From an uncultured Oscillospiraceae bacterium (GTDB lineage Bacteria > Bacillota > Clostridia > UMGS1883): 41,142 nt of DNA. A program made the translations under genes and the position numbers. A model generated the notes under the pieces. It saw only the letters and a program-made list of their open reading frames with translations. It ran no database searches and had not been told where the DNA came from. The DNA lies in NCBI GenBank assembly GCA_964551215.1, contig CAZKBV010000005.1:1-41142 (forward strand), read 5' to 3'. This document shows, one piece after another, positions 1-7,979 of this stretch (position 1 is its first letter; the number at the start of each line of letters is the position of its first letter).

Positions 1-98
1 TGTCCTCCGATAACAAGGGGATGCGCAAAAGTGGGAACCGAGGGGAAACCGTTCGGCCTACCCTCGAGAAATATTTTCCCGAAAGGAATGGTATAATA

Positions 99-1367
99 AT
101 GGCAAACAACCGTGAAGACCAAATGTATTGCGCCTTCTGCGGCAGAAGCAAAAGCCAGATAGGCAGACACCAGATAATAGCGGGCATTAACGCCTATATA
201 TGCGAGGACTGCGTCCGCGCTTGCTACGACATTGTTATGGACGAATTCGAGGGCTTTAAGGAAGAAAGCGGGGAAGCCGACATCCCTTCCGTAGACGGCG
301 TTCCCACTCCGAGAGAAATCAAGGACATCCTCGACGAATATGTTGTGGGGCAGGACAACGCGAAGCGCAGTCTTGCTGTCGCGGTATACAATCACTACAA
401 AAGAATAAATTCCAAAAAGAACGACGATGACGGCGTTGAAATTCAAAAGAGCAATATTCTTATGCTCGGCCCTACGGGAAGCGGCAAAACCTACCTCGCC
501 CAAACTCTTGCCCGAATACTTCAGGTTCCTTTTGCCATTGCCGACGCTACCAGCCTTACCGAGGCGGGCTATGTCGGCGAGGATGTGGAAAATATTCTTC
601 TGAAGCTGATTCAGGCGGCGGATTACGACATTCCCCTTGCGGAAAGAGGAATCATTTATATTGACGAGATTGATAAAATAACCAAAAAGGGAGAGAATGT
701 ATCTATAACCCGCGATGTAAGCGGCGAAGGCGTTCAGCAGGCTCTCCTTAAAATACTTGAGGGTACCGTGGCGTCCGTTCCTCCTCAGGGCGGGCGTAAG
801 CATCCGCATCAGGAATTTTATCAGATTGATACCACAAACATTCTCTTTATATGCGGCGGGGCCTTCGACGGGCTGGATAAGATAATCGAAAAGCGCACAG
901 GCAAGCAGGGCATAGGCTTTGGAGCGGAAATTGAAAGCAAAACCAAGCATGACACGGGGGAGATTTTTGCCAAGGCGGAGCCGCAGGATCTTGTGAAGTA
1001 CGGTCTTATTCCGGAACTGGTGGGGCGTGTTCCCGTGGTTGTGTCGCTGGAAAGCCTTAACGAGGGGGCGCTTAAAAAAATATTGACGGAGCCTAAAAAC
1101 GCTCTTGTGCGCCAGTATAAAAAGCTTTTTTCCATTGACGATGTGGATTTTGAAATTACCGACGACGCCCTTTCCTTTATTGCGAAAAAGGCAATTGAGC
1201 GTGAAACAGGCGCAAGAGGGCTGAGAGCCATAATGGAAAAGTCCCTTAACGAGGCCATGTTTGACATTCCATCGGACAAGAGCATTGTTAAGGTCATTTT
1301 CGACAAGGAAAGCTTTGACGGCGGCAAGCCCACGTTTATTCACGCCGAGCTTCCGGACGTAATTTAA
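99..1367 (+). CDS. clpX: ATP-dependent Clp protease ATP-binding subunit ClpX
   Basis: C4 zinc finger (CAFC...CEDC), Walker A GPTGSGKT, Walker [29 protein letters not shown] loop. Start moved from 21 to ATG 99 (RBS GAAAGGA at 81-87). Confidence 0.97.
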   Translation: MANNREDQMYCAFCGRSKSQIGRHQIIAGINAYICEDCVRACYDIVMDEFEGFKEESGEADIPSVDGVPTPREIKDILDEYVVGQDNAKRSLAVAVYNHYKRINSKKNDDDGVEIQKSNILMLGPTGSGKTYLAQTLARILQVPFAIADATSLTEAGYVGEDVENILLKLIQAADYDIPLAERGIIYIDEIDKITKKGENVSITRDVSGEGVQQALLKILEGTVASVPPQGGRKHPHQEFYQIDTTNILFICGGAFDGLDKIIEKRTGKQGIGFGAEIESKTKHDTGEIFAKAEPQDLVKYGLIPELVGRVPVVVSLESLNEGALKKILTEPKNALVRQYKKLFSIDDVDFEITDDALSFIAKKAIERETGARGLRAIMEKSLNEAMFDIPSDKSIVKVIFDKESFDGGKPTFIHAELPDVI

Positions 1368-1380
1368 ATTGCGGTAAAAT

Positions 1381-1426
1381 ATACGGCGTTGTTTTTGCAA
1401 ACTGCACAAAACAACGCCGTATTTTT
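1381..1426 (+). terminator. Intrinsic terminator of clpX
   Basis: ATACGGCGTTGTTTT (1381-1395) / AAAACAACGCCGTAT (1408-1422) perfect inverted repeat followed by a T run. Confidence 0.8.
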
Positions 1427-1446
1427 ATACAAATTTAACAAAAAGC

Positions 1447-1533
1447 AAACAAATGTTCCTATTTTTTTAAAAAACCTATTGACATCGAACAAATGTTCTG
1501 TTATACTAAAGACAGTGAAGCGAACAAATGTTC
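1447..1533 (+). promoter_or_regulatory. sigmaA promoter with three LexA (SOS) boxes
   Basis: TTGACA 1479-1484, 17 bp, TGnTATACT 1499-1507. GAAC-AAAT-GTTC at 1487-1498 and 1522-1533, AAAC-AAAT-GTTC at 1447-1458 (Firmicute GAAC-N4-GTTC consensus). Confidence 0.85.
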
Positions 1534-1550
1534 TTTAGGAGGTTTTTTAA

Positions 1551-1871
1551 ATGACTGTTGAATATAGGAGAAAAAGGGCAAGGAGAGAGGCGGAGCTTAA
1601 CCGCCGGCGCAGAAGGGCTGTTATGTGCCTTATTGCGGTAATCGCCGTAGTATGGGCTGTTAAGAGCGGCGCGTTTATTTCGTCCACCAAGGCGGCGGAC
1701 GACAGCTTTGTCTACGTGTGCGTTGAAAAGGGCGACACCCTTTGGGGCATTTCGTCGGAATACCGTCCGGAGGGAGAGGATATCCGCAGCTTCGTGAGGG
1801 TAGTGGCTTCCTATAATGATTTGGAGGATCTTTCGGTGCGAGAGGGGGAAATTCTTAAAATTCCCCGGTAA
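1551..1871 (+). CDS. yneA: LysM peptidoglycan-binding membrane protein, YneA-like SOS cell division inhibitor
   Basis: Arg-rich N-terminus, one hydrophobic helix, C-terminal LysM (VEKGDTLWGIS...N.L...GEILKIP), AGGAGG RBS, LexA boxes upstream. Confidence 0.75.
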   Translation: MTVEYRRKRARREAELNRRRRRAVMCLIAVIAVVWAVKSGAFISSTKAADDSFVYVCVEKGDTLWGISSEYRPEGEDIRSFVRVVASYNDLEDLSVREGEILKIPR

Positions 1872-1876
1872 AGGTC

Positions 1877-1905
1877 TTTACAAAATAAAAATTTAGGTGT
1901 AAAAT
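1877..1905 (+). promoter_or_regulatory. Putative sigmaA promoter of the small Cys-rich gene
   Basis: TTTACA 1877-1882, 17 bp, TAAAAT 1900-1905. Confidence 0.5.
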
Positions 1906-1939
1906 ACAAGCATATACTTATTGAGAGGTTGTGTGGGCT

Positions 1940-2110
1940 GTGAAAATGTGTGTGCTTGACGAAAACAAGGTTTGCGACGAATGTTGGGATTGTATACGCT
2001 GTGACCTGAATCCGAAAAAAATATGCGATAACTGCGGCGAATGTATCGGTATGGACGCGGATATCAGAGCCATAAAAATCGACGCCATACGGTTTGAAGA
2101 AGATGAGTAG
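1940..2110 (+). CDS. Small (56 aa) Cys-rich hypothetical protein, probable metal/Fe-S binding
   Basis: Hand translation MKMCVLDENKVCDECWDCIRCDLNPKKICDNCGECIGMDADIRAIKIDAIRFEEDE*, GTG start (or ATG 1946), GAGAGG RBS at 1923-1928. Below the ORF-track cutoff. Confidence 0.75.
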   Translation: MKMCVLDENKVCDECWDCIRCDLNPKKICDNCGECIGMDADIRAIKIDAIRFEEDE

Positions 2111-2111
2111 G

Positions 2112-2163
2112 GGCTTGGCGGTCGAAGTCGTGGGGGGAATTTCCCGACTTAGGACGCCAAGCC
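2112..2163. terminator. Long hairpin between convergent genes (bidirectional terminator or REP-like element)
   Basis: GGCTTGGCG/CGCCAAGCC outer stem and AAGTCG/CGACTT inner stem around GGGGGGAATTTCC. No clear U tract. Confidence 0.45.
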
Positions 2164-2173
2164 GAAGGAATTG

Positions 2174-2440
2174 CTATTGGGCCGACCAGCGTTTCTTTTT
2201 AGCCGGACACGAGCCGGATTTCAGCAGAGTGCGTATCTGAACGTAGCAGCCGCACATAAGGCATACTCCGTTCATGTCCAGATATTCACATTCATCGCAT
2301 ATTTTAAGGCGTTTTTCTTGCTCCTCGGGGGAGCATATTTTTATGCCCTTCATATTTTTAAGCCGCTCGATTTCGGCTTCCGCCGCCGCTTTATGTATTT
2401 CGCTTGTGTATTCGCAGGCGCGGCATTTTCTTTTTTCCAT
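2174..2440 (-). CDS. Small Cys-rich protein, DUF6171-like
   Basis: CxxC at N-terminus and RLKICDECEYL...CLMCGCYV...CP...W pattern. Own promoter upstream. Confidence 0.7.
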   Translation of the reverse strand: MEKRKCRACEYTSEIHKAAAEAEIERLKNMKGIKICSPEEQEKRLKICDECEYLDMNGVCLMCGCYVQIRTLLKSGSCPAKKKRWSAQ

Positions 2441-2459
2441 AGCTTTATCACCCGAAAAT

Positions 2460-2525
2460 ATTATACAGGTTTTTTTGCCGTTTGTAAAGATTTTTATTGC
2501 AGAAAGGGAAAGTTTGTGCTATAAT
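2460..2525. promoter_or_regulatory. Back-to-back sigmaA promoters
   Basis: Minus: TTTACA (2488-2483), 17 bp, TATAAT (2465-2460). Plus: TTGCAG 2497-2502, 17 bp, TGcTATAAT 2517-2525. Confidence 0.6.
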
Positions 2526-2599
2526 AAAATAAATATTGATTAACAGGATTATCCGGCGGCAAACAGCGTGCGGGAAAAGCTTACATTGGAGGGGACGGC

Positions 2600-3334
2600 A
2601 TGAATGACAAGATAAACATACTGGGAGCCAATATCCACATGGTTAATATGGAGGAAGCGGAAAAGCAGGCCATGAAGCTTATGGAAGCTCCGGGGTGCAG
2701 TGTTATTTACACGCCCAATTCGGAAATAATACTTTACGGCTACAAAAATCCGGAATTTATGGAAAAGCTCAACAGCGCCGACCTGACGGTGGCGGACGGA
2801 ATCGGGGTGGTTTACGCTTCGAGGATTCTTAAAAAGCCCTTGAAGGAAAGGGTGGCGGGCTATGATTTGGTCTGCCGTATGTTTAAAGACATGGCCGCGG
2901 AGGGGAAGTCCGTTTATCTTCTGGGAAGCAAGCCGGGCGTGGCGGAAGAAGCCGCCAAGGCCATTGTTAAATCCAACCCCGGCATAGTTATCGCCGGAAC
3001 CCACGACGGGTACTTCAAGGAGGACGCTCCTGTCATAGAAGCCGTAAACGCCGCCGCTCCCGACTTTTTGATGGTGTGCTTGGGCTTCCCGAAGCAGGAG
3101 GAATGGATATACAAAAACCGCGAATTTCTGAACGCAAGGCTGGTTATAGGCGCGGGAGGGTGTTTGGACGTATTTGCGGGAAATGTGCTGAGAGCGCCTA
3201 AGTTTTTTTGCGATCACGGCCTCGAATGGCTTTACAGACTGATAAAACAGCCCTACCGTTTTATCAGGATGCTTGCTCTGCCTAAGTTTGCGGCTACGGT
3301 GTTCTTCAAGGGAAAGAGATACAAAAAGAAATAA
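2600..3334 (+). CDS. tagA: WecB/TagA/CpsF-family glycosyltransferase (N-acetylmannosaminyltransferase-like)
   Basis: TPNSE, ADGIGV, ERVAGYDL, HDGYF, LGFPKQE, GAGG, RAP, GLEWLYRL motifs. GGAGGG RBS. Confidence 0.88.
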   Translation: MNDKINILGANIHMVNMEEAEKQAMKLMEAPGCSVIYTPNSEIILYGYKNPEFMEKLNSADLTVADGIGVVYASRILKKPLKERVAGYDLVCRMFKDMAAEGKSVYLLGSKPGVAEEAAKAIVKSNPGIVIAGTHDGYFKEDAPVIEAVNAAAPDFLMVCLGFPKQEEWIYKNREFLNARLVIGAGGCLDVFAGNVLRAPKFFCDHGLEWLYRLIKQPYRFIRMLALPKFAATVFFKGKRYKKK

Positions 3335-3345
3335 ACCGGAGGAAA

Positions 3346-4008
3346 ATGGGGATGCTTATTGTTATAGAGGGCGTGGACGCCAGCGGAAAGGAAACTCAGA
3401 CGGGGCTGCTGTGCGATTATCTTGAAAAAAAGGGAAAAAGGGTTAAGCGCATAACCTTCCCCGATTATAAAAGCCCCTCCTCCGCATTGGTAAAAATGTA
3501 CTTAGGCGGGGAATTCGGCGCCGACGCGGACAGCGTAAACCCCTATGCCGCCTCAATGTTTTACGCCGTGGACCGTTACGCCTCCTTTAAAAAGGAATGG
3601 GGCAGGCTGATTGGCACCGACGCTTATATTGTGGCCGACAGGTACGTAACCTCAAACGTCATATATCAGGCGGCAAAGCTCAAGGGCGAAAAAGAAAAAA
3701 AGGACTTTATCGCATGGCTGGAGGATTTGGAGTATTGCAGGCTGGGGCTTCCCCGACCGGACAAGGTTCTGTTTTTGAATATGGAGCCGGAGGCCGCCGC
3801 AAAGCTTATGGCGGCCAGAAAAAACAAAATTACCGACACTGACGAAAAGGATATACACGAAAGAAACGGGGCCTACCTTCGCGAGGCCTATGAAAACGCC
3901 TGCTTTGCGGCAAAGGAGTCGGGCTGGACGGAAATAAAGTGCAGCTTCGGCGGCGAACCCCGAAGCATTGAGGATATACATAAGGACATAATTTTAAGCG
4001 TTGAATAG
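3346..4008 (+). CDS. tmk: Thymidylate (dTMP) kinase
   Basis: P-loop EGVDASGKETQ, FPDY, DRY motifs, LPRPD. Confidence 0.85.
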   Translation: MGMLIVIEGVDASGKETQTGLLCDYLEKKGKRVKRITFPDYKSPSSALVKMYLGGEFGADADSVNPYAASMFYAVDRYASFKKEWGRLIGTDAYIVADRYVTSNVIYQAAKLKGEKEKKDFIAWLEDLEYCRLGLPRPDKVLFLNMEPEAAAKLMAARKNKITDTDEKDIHERNGAYLREAYENACFAAKESGWTEIKCSFGGEPRSIEDIHKDIILSVE

Positions 4009-4017
4009 AGGATAAAA

Positions 4018-4908
4018 ATGTTAGAATTCAGGGATATAACCGCGGCGGACAAGGCGGATTTCGACAGCTGCCGCCCGCCGGAAACGATTGCCTCGGAGGG
4101 CGCCTTCGCCACCATGTTTATATGGAACGGATACTACAATTTGAAGGTGGCCCGAGAAAACGGATTCTTGTTTATACAATTTAACATAAAGAACAGAATC
4201 CCTTCCTATTATTTCCCTTTGGGAAAGGGGGACGTGAATAAGGCTTTGGACAGCCTGAAGGAATACTGTCTGTCCCGAGGGGAAATAATGGCGTTTCGCC
4301 TTGTCGGAGAGGAACAGCTAAGTCGGCTTTTAAATTATCCCGGGGCGGATTTTTTGTATAACGAGGAAAGGGACTGCGAGGATTACGTATACCCTTCGGA
4401 GCAGCTTATTTCCTTAAATGGAAAAAAGCTGCACGCAAAGCGCAATCATATCAATTACTTCCTTGAAAACTACAGCTACACCTATGAGGAGGTAACTGCC
4501 GAGACGGCAAAAAACGAGTGCGCTCCCCTTATGTATGAGCTGGTAGGAAATAAGGAACGGAACGTAAATCCTTTTGAGCTTCCGGCAATGAAAATGTTCT
4601 TCGAGAATTACGACGCGCTTGGAGAGGAAGGGGCGGTTATTCGGGTGAACGGCGAAATAGTCGCCATGAGTTTCGGGGAGGCCATTTCCGACCGGACTGC
4701 TCTTATTCAGATTGAAGTGGCAAGGGACGAATACCGAGGAGCGTATCAGATGATAAATAAGCTGTTCTGCGAAAACCGCTGGAGGGACTATACCTTCATA
4801 AACCGCGAGGAGGATATGGGATTGGAGGGGCTTCGCAGGGCAAAGGAAAGCTACCGGCCCATATTTTTGGTGAAAAAATACACGGTAATTGAGAACAGGC
4901 GGGCATAG
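4018..4908 (+). CDS. DUF2156 / phosphatidylglycerol lysyltransferase C-terminal (GNAT-like) domain protein
   Basis: DYVY...L.GKKLHAKRNHINYF, GAYQMIN, FINREEDMGLEGLRRAKESYRP. Confidence 0.8.
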   Translation: MLEFRDITAADKADFDSCRPPETIASEGAFATMFIWNGYYNLKVARENGFLFIQFNIKNRIPSYYFPLGKGDVNKALDSLKEYCLSRGEIMAFRLVGEEQLSRLLNYPGADFLYNEERDCEDYVYPSEQLISLNGKKLHAKRNHINYFLENYSYTYEEVTAETAKNECAPLMYELVGNKERNVNPFELPAMKMFFENYDALGEEGAVIRVNGEIVAMSFGEAISDRTALIQIEVARDEYRGAYQMINKLFCENRWRDYTFINREEDMGLEGLRRAKESYRPIFLVKKYTVIENRRA

Positions 4909-5030
4909 GGGCAGCTTAAAAGGAAGTAAAAAAGAGAATGAAGCCGCAGGGCGGGGCTTAGGGAAGTATTCCCCAAGCAGGCTTTCAAAGGCAACAATAA
5001 AACGATTTTAATAAAAGGAGTTGAATAAAT

Positions 5031-5576
5031 ATGGTATATTTATTTTTAGCGGACGGTTTTGAAATAGTAGAGGCAATGGCTCCCTTGGACATTTTGCGTC
5101 GGGGCGGAGTAGAGGTCAAGACTGTGGGCGTACTTGGAAAGAACGTGGTATGCTCAAAGGGCGTTGAGGTAAAAGCGGACATAACCATTGATCAGGTTGA
5201 CATGAAGGGCTGCGAAATGATAATCCTTCCGGGAGGTCTGCCCGGAGCGGAGTATCTTCGGGACAGCGAAAAAATTGAAGAAATCATAGATTATGCCGAA
5301 GCCAACGGTATTTATATGGCCGCGATATGCGCCGCTCCTATGGTTTTGGGGCTTCGGGGAGTTCTCAGAGGGAAAAAGGCCGTCTGCTATCCGGGGTACG
5401 AAAAGGAGCTTCAGGGCGCGCAGGTTATGGACAGCGACCGCTGCGGAGTGGTTACCGACGGACGGGTTATAACAGGGCGCGGCGCGGGAGTGAGCATAGA
5501 TTTTGGGCTTGCGCTTCTTACGGCTTTAAAGGGGCGCAAGGCTGCCGAGGCCGTGGCCGGTAAAATGCAGTGCTGA
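5031..5576 (+). CDS. DJ-1/PfpI family glyoxalase III (YajL/ThiJ-like)
   Basis: GFEIVEA, ILPGGLPG, catalytic AAICAAP, ITGRGAG. Confidence 0.9.
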   Translation: MVYLFLADGFEIVEAMAPLDILRRGGVEVKTVGVLGKNVVCSKGVEVKADITIDQVDMKGCEMIILPGGLPGAEYLRDSEKIEEIIDYAEANGIYMAAICAAPMVLGLRGVLRGKKAVCYPGYEKELQGAQVMDSDRCGVVTDGRVITGRGAGVSIDFGLALLTALKGRKAAEAVAGKMQC

Positions 5577-6097
5577 TAAAAAGAGAGGAAATGCTGAGTC
5601 TCCGCCGTGAATTTGCGAAAACCGAAGGGTACCCCAAGGCAAACGAAAAAATCTGCGAGGCGCTTCGGTCTATGGCGGAGTTTCAGTCGGCGGAAAATGT
5701 TATGATATATCTCCCCCTCGGCGGCGAAGCGGACATAAGAGGGCTTTACTCCCCCGAAAAGAATTTCTTTATTCCCGTGACTGAGGGAGTGATTATTTCC
5801 GCCGCACGCTACACTCCGGATATGAAGCTGAAAAAAGGGGAGTGGGGAGTGTACGAGCCGGTAAAGCCGATCTTTGCCGACAAAAGTATTTTGGATTTTA
5901 TCGCGGCGCCCGCAGTGGCTGCGGATAAGGCCAAAAACCGTATGGGTTTCGGCAAGGGGTGCTACGACCGTTTCCTCGACGGCTTGAAATGCGCAAAGGC
6001 GGCGGTCTGCTTCAGCTTTCAGGTGACGGACGCCTTGGACGCGAAGCCCCATGACGTAAAAATGGATTATATTGTAACAGAGGACGGATGTTTTTAG
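5570..6097 (+). CDS. 5-formyltetrahydrofolate cyclo-ligase
   Basis: GVYEP, RMGFGKGCYDRFL, PHDVKMDYIVTE. GTG start overlapping the previous stop. Confidence 0.88.
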   Translation: MLIKREEMLSLRREFAKTEGYPKANEKICEALRSMAEFQSAENVMIYLPLGGEADIRGLYSPEKNFFIPVTEGVIISAARYTPDMKLKKGEWGVYEPVKPIFADKSILDFIAAPAVAADKAKNRMGFGKGCYDRFLDGLKCAKAAVCFSFQVTDALDAKPHDVKMDYIVTEDGCF

Positions 6098-6098
6098 T

Positions 6099-6743
6099 AT
6101 GGAAGCTATAGAAAACGAGAGAGAATATTTGCTGTCTCTTATACCGAAAAGGAGCGATTTCCTGACAGAGCTTAGGAAGCGTTCGGCCTTGGAGGAAAGC
6201 TACGCCCCCATAGTATCTCCCGACACGGAGCAGCTTATAGTGACTCTCCTTTCTCTGATAAAGCCCAAGCGTATCCTTGAGGTGGGAACGGCGGTGGGCT
6301 ACAGCAGTATTCTTATGGCGGACAATACCGACGACGATTGCCGCATAATAACCGTGGAGCGGTACAAAAAACACGCCGATATGGCGGTGGACAATATTTT
6401 CAAGGTCGGCTATGAAAAACGGATAAACGTTATTGAAGGGGAGGCCGCGGAGGTTTTGGCTTGGCTTGACCCTCCCTTTGATTTTATATTTCTGGACGCG
6501 GCAAAGGGGCAGTACATAGAGTTTTTGCCGGAGCTTTTAAGGCTTTTGAGAAAGGGCGGAGCCTTGCTTTCGGACAACGTTCTTTTCCACGGAATGACCG
6601 GAGACGACCACAATGTCGTCCGCCGAAAGATAACTATTGTTAAACGGCTCAGGGCTTATCTGGAAGCCGTAACCGAACACCCTCAGCTTACCACCTCCCT
6701 TATACCTATCGGAGACGGGGCGGCGCTGTCGGTAAAGAAATAA
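6099..6743 (+). CDS. SAM-dependent O-methyltransferase (YrrM/TrmR-like)
   Basis: ILEVGTAVGYS, FDFIFLDAAKGQY, SDNVLFHG, PIGDG. Adjacent to a U32 gene as in the Bacillus yrrM-yrrO arrangement. Confidence 0.85.
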   Translation: MEAIENEREYLLSLIPKRSDFLTELRKRSALEESYAPIVSPDTEQLIVTLLSLIKPKRILEVGTAVGYSSILMADNTDDDCRIITVERYKKHADMAVDNIFKVGYEKRINVIEGEAAEVLAWLDPPFDFIFLDAAKGQYIEFLPELLRLLRKGGALLSDNVLFHGMTGDDHNVVRRKITIVKRLRAYLEAVTEHPQLTTSLIPIGDGAALSVKK

Positions 6744-6749
6744 AGGAAG

Positions 6750-7979
6750 ATGCAAATGGATAAAATCGAGTTGCTTGCTCCGGCAGGTAATTTATATAAG
6801 CTGAAAATTGCTCTGAAATACGGGGCCGACGCGGTATATATAGGCGGGGAGTCCTTTTCTCTGAGAACAGCGGCGGATAATTTTACCGTGGAGGAAATGG
6901 CGCGGGGCATAGAATTTGCCCATTCCATGGGAAAAAAGGTGTACGTGACAGCCAACATAATTCCTCACAACCGCGATTTGGACGAAATGAAGGCGTATTT
7001 CAGAGAAATTTATGAGCTTGGCGCCGACGCGGCGCTTATTTCCGATTTGGGAGCCTTTACGCTCTGCCGCGAAAGTGCGCCGGAGCTGGATATACACATC
7101 AGCACTCAAGCCAACAACACAAACTACGCCACAGTGAACGCATGGAAAAGGCTGGGAGCCTCCAGAGTCGTTCTCGCCCGCGAAATGACGCTGGACGAGG
7201 TGAGGGAAATTACCGATAAAGCAGAATGTGAAACGGAAATATTTATTCACGGAGCCATGTGCGTTTCATATTCGGGAAGGTGTCTGCTCAGCAACTACAT
7301 GACCTTCCGCGACAGCAACCAAGGGGCTTGCTCCCACCCGTGCCGCTGGAATTATTCCCTTATGGAGGAAAAGCGCCCCGGGGAATATTTCCCCGTGTAC
7401 GAAAACGAAAGAGGCTCCTTTATTTTAAACTCAAAGGATCTTTGCATGATAGACCATGTTCCCGAGCTTATACAAAGCGGCGTCAGCTCCCTTAAAATAG
7501 AGGGCAGAGTCAAAAGCGAATATTACCTTGCCACGGTTGTTCAGGCCTACAGGAACGCCATAGATGGCTATTACGCCGATCCGGAGGGGTATAAATTCGA
7601 TTCCGCCCTTTACGACGAGGTGTGCAAGGTCAGCCACAGGGAATACTACACGGGCTTCTTCTTCGGAATACCGGAAACGGGAGCCCAGATATACAATAGC
7701 AGCTCTTATATCAGGGAGTACGACGTTGTAGGCATAGTGGAGGACTACGACCCCAAAACCGGCCTCGCAAGGGTATCCCAGCGCAACCGTTTCTTTAAGG
7801 GGGACGAAATAGAAATAATTCAGCCTATGCGGCCGTTTTTTACCGTAAGGGTGGAATACATGACAGACGAAAACGGGGTTGAGCTTGACGCGGCAAGACA
7901 CGCCGCAATGACGGTTTATATAAAAACGGATATTCCCTTGGTTAAGGACGCCATGCTCAGAAAGAAGAAGGAACAATGA
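6750..7979 (+). CDS. Peptidase U32 family protein (TrhP/YrrO-like tRNA hydroxylation)
   Basis: ELLAPAG, GADAVYIGG, HISTQ, HGAMCVSYSGRC, GACSHPCR, SLKIEGR. Confidence 0.9.
   Translation: MQMDKIELLAPAGNLYKLKIALKYGADAVYIGGESFSLRTAADNFTVEEMARGIEFAHSMGKKVYVTANIIPHNRDLDEMKAYFREIYELGADAALISDLGAFTLCRESAPELDIHISTQANNTNYATVNAWKRLGASRVVLAREMTLDEVREITDKAECETEIFIHGAMCVSYSGRCLLSNYMTFRDSNQGACSHPCRWNYSLMEEKRPGEYFPVYENERGSFILNSKDLCMIDHVPELIQSGVSSLKIEGRVKSEYYLATVVQAYRNAIDGYYADPEGYKFDSALYDEVCKVSHREYYTGFFFGIPETGAQIYNSSSYIREYDVVGIVEDYDPKTGLARVSQRNRFFKGDEIEIIQPMRPFFTVRVEYMTDENGVELDAARHAAMTVYIKTDIPLVKDAMLRKKKEQ

Noticed and set aside
1447-1533. Three spaced direct repeats as a mini CRISPR array
   Set aside because: Repeats are only 11-14 bp, match the LexA consensus and overlap a promoter.
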